Source: Candidatus Nomurabacteria bacterium RIFCSPHIGHO2_02_FULL_42_19 (GTDB taxonomy: Bacteria > Patescibacteriota > Minisyncoccia > Phycocordibacterales > UBA9973). From it: a DNA stretch of 64,000 nucleotides. The stretch spans positions 11,006 through 75,005 of the forward strand of contig MFUG01000013.1 in the NCBI GenBank assembly GCA_001785615.1, given 5' to 3'. Both the position numbers and the translations under genes were made by a program. Under the pieces are notes generated by a model. That model saw only the letters and a list, made by a program, of their open reading frames with translations. It did no database searches and had not been told where the DNA came from. Every line of letters begins with the position of its first letter. Within the stretch, counting starts at the first letter, position 1. Positions 49,378 through 58,121 of this stretch are shown here, in pieces.

Positions 49378-49489
49378 CTGCTAAGCTGTGGATAACTCCG
49401 ACGCCCATTTATAGGGTCGGAGTCCGACTTTTTACGTCGGACTAATTATTCACCCTTCGACTATGCTCAGGATCTAAGCGACCTTCGGC

Positions 49490-49828
49490 CTATACTGTAT
49501 GGCTTCTAGAATATGACTGGCTCTGTGCAACCAAAGCAAAAAGCATGAAATATTTTTCCAAATCCTTAAAGTCGCTTTTATATTCTGTGCCACCGAGCAC
49601 TGCATCAGCAAAAACTTCTCTGGCGCGGTCAAGTTCTAGGCGGCGGTTGCTCCAGCGCCTATCAGCTTGAGTAAGGTCGAATAAATCCATGGCCCGAGTT
49701 ACCGCTCCCCAAAAAGAGTCCTCATCTTTACCTCGCCATTTAGCAGCGCGACCTACTTCGCTTCCGATATTGCCAAGCTGTTCGGCTAGTGTAAACGATT
49801 GCCATTTTTCTTTTGAAACAGTTGCCAT
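49490..49828 (-). CDS. Hypothetical protein P2 in the comM-3'-end insert
   Basis: 112-aa ORF, relatively GC/Ala/Arg-rich. Its last ~12 codons read through a duplicated comM 3'-end remnant in another frame. Confidence 0.4.
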   Translation of the reverse strand: MATVSKEKWQSFTLAEQLGNIGSEVGRAAKWRGKDEDSFWGAVTRAMDLFDLTQADRRWSNRRLELDRAREVFADAVLGGTEYKSDFKDLEKYFMLFALVAQSQSYSRSHTV

Positions 49829-49831
49829 AAT

Positions 49832-50179
49832 TTATTGAACCAATCTACTGATAATTTGGAGAATTTTTTCCTTGATTTCTTCACTTTCTACATCACGGGT
49901 TCGATTCCCCAAATTCGGTTTCAGGTTTATCATTGAGTCAAACTCAATAAAATCATCCCCGGTCTTCTCTAAATATAAGTTTATCCCCCAAGTATCTTCT
50001 CCCTTTGAACTTTCCTTTTCAATTAATAGAGATTGAATATCTACATGTAACTCTCCGCCGACTCCCATAATTCTCTGTTTTATATCAACAACTGCTTTTA
50101 TGATATCGCCATACTGTTCGTGAGCCAGAGTTTTGAGCTCAGTTCGACTTATTTTATCTTTTATAATTTTAGTTTCCAT
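49832..50179 (-). CDS. Hypothetical protein P1 in the comM-3'-end insert
   Basis: 115-aa ORF directly downstream of comM and co-oriented with it. No motif recognised. Confidence 0.4.
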   Translation of the reverse strand: METKIIKDKISRTELKTLAHEQYGDIIKAVVDIKQRIMGVGGELHVDIQSLLIEKESSKGEDTWGINLYLEKTGDDFIEFDSMINLKPNLGNRTRDVESEEIKEKILQIISRLVQ

Positions 50180-50194
50180 AATCTTATTTTAGCA

Positions 50195-51766
50195 TTAATT
50201 GTTCACTTTCGGCCTATACTGGATCGCTTCGAGGATGTGGTTGGCTTTAATCTCTGGAGAGCTTTCTAAGTCGGCGATGGTGCGGGCAATTTTGATGACT
50301 CGGTGGTAGGCGCGGGCGGAGAGTGCTAAGCGCTCGGCGCTATTGTTTAAAAGCTCTTTAACGTCCGGCGAAAGTGGCGCAAAAATGCCCAAATCTTTTG
50401 CATTCATATCGCTATTTGTTTTTAGTTTTCTTTTGCTATTTAAAAATCTTTTTTCTTGAATGAGTCGCGCGGCCTTGACTCGATCTTTTATCGTGTGTGT
50501 TCTCTCACTTCGGACAACTTCATCGCTTAACTTTTTATAGTCCACATTCCCGACAGTCACCCATAAATCTATACGATCTATAATCGGCCCCGAGATTCTA
50601 CGATTGTATCTTTCTAGATCGTTTGGGCGACAAATACAAACTTTATCTTTGTTACCTCTATTCCCGCACGGGCAGGGATTCATTGCGGCGACTAAAATAA
50701 AATTAGACGGAAATATCGCCGAGCCTCGCGCTCGAGAAATAGAAACAATATTATCTTCCAGTGGCTGACGAAGCGCCTCTAGTACCCTTTTTTCAAATTC
50801 TGGGAATTCATCTAGAAAGAGCACGCCTTTGTGCGCCAACGTCACTTCCCCGGGTTTTGGATTTGATCCACCGCCGATCATCGACACATAACTCGCAGTA
50901 TGATGTGGCGCGCGAAATGGTGGCTCGGTGATAAGCGCATCTTCTAGTAATCCTACAATAGAATGAATGCCGGTAATTTCTAAAATGTCATCATTGCCAA
51001 GCTCTGGTAATATGTGTGAAAATACTCTGGCGAGCATTGTCTTGCCAGTGCCCGGCGGTCCCGAAAGCGCAATGTTGTGCCCACCCGCCGCCGCTATCTC
51101 AAGCCCACGCTTCGCAGACTCTTGTCCCTTAATATCAGAAAAGTCCACATCGTGAGTCTTGTCTTTACGAATTATTTCTGTTGGTTTTTGTGCTAAAATT
51201 TTTGGACGTTCTTTTTCCATCGGATTTCCTTTTCTATCTAAATGTATTTTAGAGACATGATCAATAACTTCCTTTAATGTTTTCGCGCCATAGATCGTAA
51301 TACCAGGCACCAATGCCGCCTCCTGCGCATTCATCACCGGCACAAAGATTTCTTGGAAACCCAGTCGCATCGCTTGTTCGGTGAGTGGTAGCACTCCTTT
51401 GATGGGCTGAAGTTCGCCATTGAGAGCAAGTTCTCCTAAAAATATTTTTCCCTTGGGGTCAAAATCTATTTCCTCGCCCGAAAGTAAATATGCGAGCGCA
51501 ATTGCCAGATCAAAATATGGACCTTCTTTCTTTAAGTCTGCCGGCGAGAGTGATATGACTATTTTTTGATTTTGATTTTTGGGAGATTTGAAACCAGAGT
51601 TCTTTAGCGCGGAACTCATGCGATCTTTTGACTCATCCACCGCTTTATCAGGAAGTCCGACCAGAGTAAAAGCATGCAATGTTTTCTTCGTAATATCGAC
51701 TTCTATCGTAACAATTTTACCCTTCAATAGATGCGTCTGCGCGGAATATACTCTTGAAAATGACAT
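50195..51766 (-). CDS. comM: YifB/ComM-family Mg-chelatase-like AAA+ ATPase
   Basis: N-terminal Lon-protease-like domain. AAA+ Walker A GPPGTGKT, Walker B LFLDEFPEF, C-terminal Mg-chelatase domain. 523 aa. Confidence 0.85.
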   Translation of the reverse strand: MSFSRVYSAQTHLLKGKIVTIEVDITKKTLHAFTLVGLPDKAVDESKDRMSSALKNSGFKSPKNQNQKIVISLSPADLKKEGPYFDLAIALAYLLSGEEIDFDPKGKIFLGELALNGELQPIKGVLPLTEQAMRLGFQEIFVPVMNAQEAALVPGITIYGAKTLKEVIDHVSKIHLDRKGNPMEKERPKILAQKPTEIIRKDKTHDVDFSDIKGQESAKRGLEIAAAGGHNIALSGPPGTGKTMLARVFSHILPELGNDDILEITGIHSIVGLLEDALITEPPFRAPHHTASYVSMIGGGSNPKPGEVTLAHKGVLFLDEFPEFEKRVLEALRQPLEDNIVSISRARGSAIFPSNFILVAAMNPCPCGNRGNKDKVCICRPNDLERYNRRISGPIIDRIDLWVTVGNVDYKKLSDEVVRSERTHTIKDRVKAARLIQEKRFLNSKRKLKTNSDMNAKDLGIFAPLSPDVKELLNNSAERLALSARAYHRVIKIARTIADLESSPEIKANHILEAIQYRPKVNN

Positions 51767-51777
51767 ATTGTCTCATA

Positions 51778-52134
51778 TTAACCTTCTAGATGTTCTTTGC
51801 AAGTTCGCGCAGCTGGATTCGCCTCTAAACGATCATCTTCAATATCTTTTTTACAAACTTCGCATTTACCAAATGACTCGCGATTTACACTTTTGAGCGC
51901 CCGCAAAATATCATTCAGTCGGGGCGCCAAGGTCTTAATCATAGAACTCTTTGCTTCAAAATCCTCGAACCTGTCCGCCATTTCATTCGGGTCCGCCTCC
52001 GGTGTATCTTGTTCTTCTGGCGTTGCTTCCCATTCCCCTGTTTCTGGATTGAGCTTGCCCATGTCCCTCAATTGTTCAAGTAAAATATCTCTTTCTTTTT
52101 CCAGTTTCTCTTTGATTTTCTTCTTATCCAACAT
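51778..52134 (-). CDS. DksA/TraR-family C4 zinc-finger protein
   Basis: C-terminal CEVCKKDIEDDRLEANPAARTCKEH (C-x2-C...C-x2-H/C) after an acidic helical region. Confidence 0.7.
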   Translation of the reverse strand: MLDKKKIKEKLEKERDILLEQLRDMGKLNPETGEWEATPEEQDTPEADPNEMADRFEDFEAKSSMIKTLAPRLNDILRALKSVNRESFGKCEVCKKDIEDDRLEANPAARTCKEHLEG

Positions 52135-52384
52135 GCCCGTATGATAGCATGCTTTATTTTAATAGCAATGAACCAGTATTGCTATTATTCCCAATTACAT
52201 TGGCCCAAGTCCGGTCTGCAACTCTTATGATGGGGATTTCAATTGCATAGATCAAGAACCGAACCTGTGCCCGTATATTTCATTAGAACCCCAAGACGGA
52301 GAAGCGACTGAGAGCGGCTTTAGTAAAAATCCGAATGGTTTTCTTGCTCGTGGCCTCCTAAATAGACCAGATGATGAGGCAGAT

Positions 52385-54778
52385 GTGTGGACTCTTTCGG
52401 TTCAATCTCCCTGCTTTGAAGGGGAGTGCCCGGCGGACTATGACGAAAACATAAACGGGACGCCACTTCCGCAGGCCGACAAGGGTAAAACATTTAAATG
52501 TAATTTGTTCGTGGAGTCAGATGAAATCCCGGAGATCGTCCGTTATTTTGCTCCCGAAAAAGCCCTGGCCGACGACGCACAGAATTCCATAGAAATTTCC
52601 GCAGTATTTACGGGGGGAACTGACACTTGCACTACTGACTGTTTTTCCAACGTACTTTTTTTACCGGGGATAAAGGGAAGCGTTTTAAAAAAGAGTGCGG
52701 ATACTCTCTGGCCGCCCACTGTGTTTAGTTTCAACGACATAGAGCAACTGGCCCTGACAGACGAAGGCGAGAGCGAGTACAATATTTATACCGACGGCAT
52801 TTTAAACAAATTCATTACCACTCCAATTTATGAACCCTTTTCAGATTTTATGGACGGTTTAATTTTGCAAGAACTGATCAATGAATGGCTGCCTCTCGCC
52901 TACGACTGGAGATTTTCTCCAAAAAAAATTCTGCAGGACGGCATTAAAACACAAAGCGAAGTCCTGAATGTGATCGATGAAATAGAAACTTTGGCGATCA
53001 ACTCCAAAACCGGCAAGGTAATCATTGTTGCGCATTCAATGGGCGGGTTTTTTGGGAAGGCAATAATAAAAGAACTGGAAAATCGCGGAGAGAGTGGTCT
53101 AATAGATTCTTTCGTAATGGTGGGCGTGCCTCAACTAGGAACTCCTCAGGCAACAGCTGCCATGTTGCACGGGGATGACGAGGGAATTGTAGCCGGGCTA
53201 GTTGTCAACGCTTCTGAAATGCGGGCCATCGCGCAAAATATGCCTAGCGCCTACAACCTCCTTCCTTCCCCGCAGTACTTTGATCAAGTATCAGACCCAG
53301 TTATTAAATTCGATCCAACTAAACCATTCACAGAAGCATGGCGAAACCTTTGGGGAGAAACTATCAATACTTATAATAATTTCTTTTCATTTTTGATTGG
53401 AGCAGACGGACGTAGCAGACCTGCCGAAAATATATTGCAGATCCCGGAAGTCCTCCGAGGGGATCTAATGCTTTCTGTAAAAAATTTCCATGATGAATAT
53501 GATGATTACCAATTCCCAACCGGCATTCGTGTTGTTCAGGTTGCTGGATGGGGTCTTCCAACAACAAAAGCCGTTAATTACACAACTAAACATCCATTGC
53601 AAAATTTTGGCTATGAAACAATTCCTACTCGCGAGGGTGACAGAACTGTAGTTTACCCCAGTGCAATCTCTTCTGATGCGGATGAAACATATTTTTTTAA
53701 TGTTTTCGAATTTAATAAACAATTGAATTCTAACGCGCAACACCGTGACCTTTTAAGCACGAATGCAATCCAAGATTTAATAGAATCTGTAATAAAGAAT
53801 GAAGATATCTCTAGCACAAATTTTATTTTTAATACAAAACCAGTACCAATAGATCTCGATGATCAATTGGTGGTAAGTACCAATTCCCCGGTCATTCTTG
53901 GCGTATACGATCAGTCCAGGAATTTTACCGGTGTTGATCCGAACCAGGATCTCTCAGCTGATATTTTAACTGTTGAGGAAGGAATTCCAGGAAGTACTTT
54001 TCTTTACACCAGCGAAGGCCAACAAATATTTCTTCCGAAAGAAGGGATTTATTATTTTACTTACCAAGGTGTCGGTAGCGGTCCAACCACTGTTGAAATT
54101 GAAAATTTCACAGCCGATACCGTGCTCCCGATAGTTTCATATACAGATATTCCAACCACCCCGGATACTGTTGCAAATTTTACGGTGGAAAGCGATGTCC
54201 CAGAGAATACAGTTATAGAACTTGATACTGATGGCAACGGAGCGACAGACGAAACAATTGATTCAGACAATTACGAACCCTCGCCAAATGAACTCCTTAC
54301 TCTTATCAAAGAAAAAATATCTGCCCTTAATATTAAAAACAATCTCAAGAAGAATCTTCTGAAGAAAATCGCCGGGCTTGAAAAGAAAATTGAGAACAAA
54401 AAGCAGAGGAACCTTAAAATACTTGCGGGTCTTGAGAAAAAAATATCCAATCAAGAAATAAAGGGAAAGATAAATTCTCTTGATGCCAACGAGATTATCA
54501 GCTTGCTAAATGCCCTTGAAGCGGAAGCGGAAAATATCGCGCTTGACTCCTCTATAATTACCGACTTAAAAAACAAAATTCAAACTTTAGCTATTACTGA
54601 TGGCCTAAAAAATAGCTTGCTGAAACAAATTGAACGTCTTGAAAAGAAAGAAGTACTCATCAAAACCCTGGCTAATTTATCTAAAAATATAATGAAGAAA
54701 GCCGAAAAAGGCAAAGTGACCGATGCGGATGCGCAAATGCTTATTGAATTGCTTGGTCAGATTGAAAGTGTGATATAA
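52385..54778 (+). CDS. Alpha/beta-hydrolase lipase/esterase (class-2 lipase / LCAT-PGAP1-like nucleophile elbow) with a long C-terminal coiled-coil repeat region
   Basis: Nucleophile elbow VIIVAHSMGGFFGK (A-H-S-M-G-G as in Bacillus LipA-type lipases). C-terminal ~170 aa are K/L/E heptad-like repeats (LKKNLLKKIAGLEKKIENKK...). GTG start, no N-terminal signal peptide. Confidence 0.6.
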   Translation: MWTLSVQSPCFEGECPADYDENINGTPLPQADKGKTFKCNLFVESDEIPEIVRYFAPEKALADDAQNSIEISAVFTGGTDTCTTDCFSNVLFLPGIKGSVLKKSADTLWPPTVFSFNDIEQLALTDEGESEYNIYTDGILNKFITTPIYEPFSDFMDGLILQELINEWLPLAYDWRFSPKKILQDGIKTQSEVLNVIDEIETLAINSKTGKVIIVAHSMGGFFGKAIIKELENRGESGLIDSFVMVGVPQLGTPQATAAMLHGDDEGIVAGLVVNASEMRAIAQNMPSAYNLLPSPQYFDQVSDPVIKFDPTKPFTEAWRNLWGETINTYNNFFSFLIGADGRSRPAENILQIPEVLRGDLMLSVKNFHDEYDDYQFPTGIRVVQVAGWGLPTTKAVNYTTKHPLQNFGYETIPTREGDRTVVYPSAISSDADETYFFNVFEFNKQLNSNAQHRDLLSTNAIQDLIESVIKNEDISSTNFIFNTKPVPIDLDDQLVVSTNSPVILGVYDQSRNFTGVDPNQDLSADILTVEEGIPGSTFLYTSEGQQIFLPKEGIYYFTYQGVGSGPTTVEIENFTADTVLPIVSYTDIPTTPDTVANFTVESDVPENTVIELDTDGNGATDETIDSDNYEPSPNELLTLIKEKISALNIKNNLKKNLLKKIAGLEKKIENKKQRNLKILAGLEKKISNQEIKGKINSLDANEIISLLNALEAEAENIALDSSIITDLKNKIQTLAITDGLKNSLLKQIERLEKKEVLIKTLANLSKNIMKKAEKGKVTDADAQMLIELLGQIESVI

Positions 54779-54787
54779 TTAAAAAAC

Positions 54788-55192
54788 ATGAGCATAAAAA
54801 AAATAACACTGCTATTTCTTTGTTTATCATTAGTTGGCCTAGGTGTCTCTTATTATATTTTTCAATTAGATTTACAAACAAGCGCCACGGGAGACCTATT
54901 GTTGAAATTAAGGGATGGTCTGTTTTACGGCATGTCTGCTCTCGCTCTCATATTTCTCATTCTCCTCTTTCTCCCTCGCGCGTTTCCCGCGTGGAAAAAG
55001 TTTGCTATTTGGTTTATACCACTTGCGACTTTACTTTTTATTTTCTACCCCGACCCGGGCTCCGGCGATTATTTTTCTCCTTACCCTGAACAAGTTTATA
55101 AATGGGTCAGTATTCTTTATGTGGTTATAAGTATTGGAATTATCGCTTTCTCAACTCGTAAATCAAGCGTCACACCCACTTTACCCAACTAA
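54788..55192 (+). CDS. Small integral membrane protein (4 TM)
   Basis: 134 aa with four hydrophobic helices. No motif. Confidence 0.45.
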   Translation: MSIKKITLLFLCLSLVGLGVSYYIFQLDLQTSATGDLLLKLRDGLFYGMSALALIFLILLFLPRAFPAWKKFAIWFIPLATLLFIFYPDPGSGDYFSPYPEQVYKWVSILYVVISIGIIAFSTRKSSVTPTLPN

Positions 55193-55220
55193 AGTAGCTA
55201 GGCGGTAAAATAATTTGAAA

Positions 55221-55333
55221 GGATTAAAGGTGTCAGAGATTAAAGGTGGATTAAAGGTGTCAGGAACCTTTCTTTTTACACTATTACATGGGATTAAAGG
55301 TGTCAGGAACCTTTCTTTTTACACTATTACATG
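55221..55333. repeat. Upstream REP-like array: four copies of ttaaaggtg(tcag), including a 43-bp unit duplicated in tandem (55248-55290 and 55291-55333)
   Basis: Two adjacent copies of ggattaaaggtgtcaggaacctttctttttacactattacatg, preceded by ggattaaaggtgtcag and agattaaaggtgg. Confidence 0.85.
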
Positions 55334-55346
55334 TTAATATAGATCT

Positions 55347-56021
55347 ATGGGAAGACCCCAAAGAACTGACGTTGGTGGATATGTGTACCATGTATTAAAT
55401 CGAGCTAATGCTCGGATGACTATATTTAGTAATGATAAAGAATATCAAGGCTTTGAAGCAATACTTTTCGAAGCAATGGAAAAATTTAAGATGAGACTCA
55501 TCGCATACACTCTGATGCCAAATCATTTTCATTTAGTTCTGTATCCAAAATATGAGGGCGAGATAAAAAAGTTCATGCACTGGCTAACCCTTACCCACAC
55601 TCAGAGATGGCATGTATATACAAAAACAATAGGCCATGGTCATTTATACCAAGGAAGGTATAAATCATTTCTAGTAGAAGAGGATTCATATCTATGGGTA
55701 CTGCTTGCGTATGTTGAAAGAAATGCATTACGCGCAAAATTAGTAAAATCTCTCAAAGACTGGAAATGGTCAAGCTATTACAAAAGATTATATGGCACAG
55801 CTCTGCAGAAAAAATTACTGGCCACTGATAGCATTGCTTGGCCTGATAATTACGACAAATTACTTTCTCTAACTGAAGAAAAAGAAAAGTTAGAAACTAT
55901 TAGAAACTCTGTCAACAGAGGAAAACCTTATGGTGGTAATAGTTGGACCGGTAAAGTTTTGAAAAAGTTTGGTTTAGAAATAACAGAAAGAAAGAGAGGA
56001 AGACCAAAAAAAGGTTCCTGA
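55347..56021 (+). CDS. REP-associated tyrosine transposase (RAYT) / IS200-like Y1 HUH transposase
   Basis: HUH motif LMPNHFHLVL and the catalytic Tyr region GRYKSF...YLWVLLAYVERNALRAKLV parallel E. coli RayT/YafM (LPEHMH ... YxxxxDYIxxNPV). Confidence 0.75.
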   Translation: MGRPQRTDVGGYVYHVLNRANARMTIFSNDKEYQGFEAILFEAMEKFKMRLIAYTLMPNHFHLVLYPKYEGEIKKFMHWLTLTHTQRWHVYTKTIGHGHLYQGRYKSFLVEEDSYLWVLLAYVERNALRAKLVKSLKDWKWSSYYKRLYGTALQKKLLATDSIAWPDNYDKLLSLTEEKEKLETIRNSVNRGKPYGGNSWTGKVLKKFGLEITERKRGRPKKGS

Positions 56022-56095
56022 CACCTTTTACCCTTTTACCACTGACACCTTTTACCACCTTTTACCCACCTTTTACCTTCTGACACCTTTTACCT
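56013..56095. repeat. Downstream REP-like array: three copies of ctgacaccttttacc plus degenerate ccaccttttacc variants
   Basis: Inverted relative to the upstream array. The first copy overlaps the transposase stop codon. Confidence 0.85.
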
Positions 56096-56208
56096 TATGG
56101 TATTTATTGATTTACTAGGGTTTTACTTTACCCAACTAAGTTTTAACGCAAAAATCAAACGTGGCTTTGACGGGCAAATTCATGCCCTTTCCTGTATAAT
56201 ATTTAAAT

Positions 56209-57123
56209 ATGCAATGGTTTTTTATTGCGCTCGGGGCGCCGTTTCTGTGGGCAGTGGTAAATATTTTTGATCAGTATCTGGTCATCCGATATTCTATGGG
56301 TACGCGGGGCTCCGGTGGCCTGGTGCTCTTTTCCAGCTTGATAGGCATCTTCGTAGCCATACCGATCGGGCTATTTACGACCGGAGTATTCAATATTCCC
56401 CTCTTGGATAAACTACTTCTAATAATAGTAGGAGGGTTAACTATCGCCTGGGTAATTTTATATTTATTTACTTTGGAAATTGAAGAGGTTTCCGCGGTGG
56501 TGCCGTGGTTTCTGACCATTCCGATTTTCGGCTACGCGCTCGGATACGTTTTCTTGGGCGAGACGCTTTCTTTACAACAGCAAATCGGGTCACTAATTAT
56601 TTTAGCTGGCGTATTTTTAATCTCTATTGATTTCTCGGGCAAAAAAAGAACATTCAGGTGGCGACCAGCGCTATACATGGTGGTAGCCTGCTTGTTGGTG
56701 GCGGTGGCCGGAGTTATTTTCAAATATGTAACCGTGGGCAACAACTTCTGGGCGTCTTCTTTCTGGGAATACGTGGGGCTGGGGGTTTTCGGTATTCTGA
56801 TGTATCTTTTTATCCCGAAATATCGCCAAGAATTCACGCTAATGAACAGAGAGGGCGGGAAAAAGATTTTCACCCTTAACACAATAAGCGAAATTATGAC
56901 TATCGTCGGCAACCTGCTGACAAATTTCGCTCTTCTCTTGGCTCCAGTGACTATGATATACCTGGTGGGCAGTTTCCAGCCGGCCATTGTGTTATTTTTA
57001 ACGCTTTTAGCCACAAAATTTTACCCCAATATTGCGAAGGAAAATACGAAAGAGCGCGTTTTACTGCCTAAAGTCATCGCTATCGTTATTATGATCGCCG
57101 GCAGCGCCGTTCTATTTATTTAG
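56209..57123 (+). CDS. DMT/EamA-family transporter
   Basis: 304 aa, 10 TM helices in two 5-TM repeats. Confidence 0.65.
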   Translation: MQWFFIALGAPFLWAVVNIFDQYLVIRYSMGTRGSGGLVLFSSLIGIFVAIPIGLFTTGVFNIPLLDKLLLIIVGGLTIAWVILYLFTLEIEEVSAVVPWFLTIPIFGYALGYVFLGETLSLQQQIGSLIILAGVFLISIDFSGKKRTFRWRPALYMVVACLLVAVAGVIFKYVTVGNNFWASSFWEYVGLGVFGILMYLFIPKYRQEFTLMNREGGKKIFTLNTISEIMTIVGNLLTNFALLLAPVTMIYLVGSFQPAIVLFLTLLATKFYPNIAKENTKERVLLPKVIAIVIMIAGSAVLFI

Positions 57124-57684
57124 AAATAATTCCGGATAGGATCTTTTGATTTGAATATTTTCAGCGTCTTTAATTCCTAAATTTTCCAGAAAAGCGATAC
57201 AAGCGCCTTTTGCTTCTTTGTCATTTTTAAAATTTCCCTTCGCTTCTGCTTCAACGAAAAATCCTAACCCTTTCACCTCATCTAGGGCCACTTCAATACC
57301 GCTACACATCCAATACTCCCTATTCTTCTCTATCGTCATGGCTTTTTTAAAATCCAAAAACCCTAAAATTTTCCTAAATTCTTCCGGGTCAGAAATTTCT
57401 GTTTCATATTCTTCCACATGATCATGCTCGCCGTCCGCTCTTTTATTTATTGATTTATCGTATTCCAAAACAACTTTATCTGGATTTGTTCTGATTCTTA
57501 AATATTCATCGGGGTGCGGTTTCTTGGCAAAGAAATCTCTATGGAAAGGCACGTAGTATTCATCAATTTGCTTGATCGCTTTCACGAGTTGCCCTATTTT
57601 TGAGATTTTCTCCTTGATTTCTTCAAGATTCTCTACTTTCACCTTAATTTCAACTTCAATATTCATGTTTTTATGATACTCCAA
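57112..57684 (-). CDS. CYTH-domain protein (class IV adenylate cyclase CyaB / triphosphatase-like)
   Basis: N-terminal EVEIKVKV (ExExK) and C-terminal TIEKNREYW...LDEVKGLGFFVEAEAK...SYPELFL parallel CyaB. Confidence 0.65.
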   Translation of the reverse strand: MEYHKNMNIEVEIKVKVENLEEIKEKISKIGQLVKAIKQIDEYYVPFHRDFFAKKPHPDEYLRIRTNPDKVVLEYDKSINKRADGEHDHVEEYETEISDPEEFRKILGFLDFKKAMTIEKNREYWMCSGIEVALDEVKGLGFFVEAEAKGNFKNDKEAKGACIAFLENLGIKDAENIQIKRSYPELFLNK

Positions 57685-57734
57685 AATTGCAAAAATAACT
57701 ATTTTATATCCTATTTCTATGCTAAAATAACCCC

Positions 57735-58121
57735 ATGCCTGAAGGAGACCAAAAGGGTCATAATTTTTTCTTAGATATTTTAGTTTTAGGGTGTTTTGTT
57801 GCCATAATCACTTCTTTTTACTTTTTCTACTTTCAAAAGGATTACGATTTTATCGTGGAAGTTGCGTGTGATCCCACCGAAGAAACATGTTTACAGCGTG
57901 ACTGCTCCAACCCCGACGACTGCCCGCCGAACGGCCTATCTGATTTCAAAAGATACGGCTTAAACGCGGGCGACTTTGCAAAGTGTGAAAATGAGGACTG
58001 CGAAAACGCCTGTGAGACCGGAGCCATAAAATGCGAACTGCTAGAATGTGAGGAGGATGAAATAATGGGAGAAGCATGCAGTTCTTTCGAATCGCCTGCT
58101 AGTGATAAGGAACAAATATGA
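57735..58121 (+). CDS. Small membrane-anchored Cys-rich protein
   Basis: N-terminal TM helix, then 12 Cys in ~80 aa (CDPTEETCLQRDCSNPDDCPPNG...CENEDCENACETGAIKCELLECEED). Confidence 0.45.
   Translation: MPEGDQKGHNFFLDILVLGCFVAIITSFYFFYFQKDYDFIVEVACDPTEETCLQRDCSNPDDCPPNGLSDFKRYGLNAGDFAKCENEDCENACETGAIKCELLECEEDEIMGEACSSFESPASDKEQI

Larger units (their letters stand above)
55221..56095 (+). mobile_element. REP/RAYT unit (REPtron-like): IS200-like Y1 HUH transposase flanked by inverted REP-like repeats
   Basis: The upstream aaaggtgtcag(gaacc) copies are the reverse complement of the downstream (ggttc)ctgacaccttt copies at 56013-56095. Confidence 0.75.

Noticed and set aside
55248-55333. 43-bp tandem direct repeat that could be mistaken for a minimal CRISPR array
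   Set aside because: Only two units with no spacer between them. The unit contains the REP core of the adjacent RAYT element. No cas genes are adjacent.
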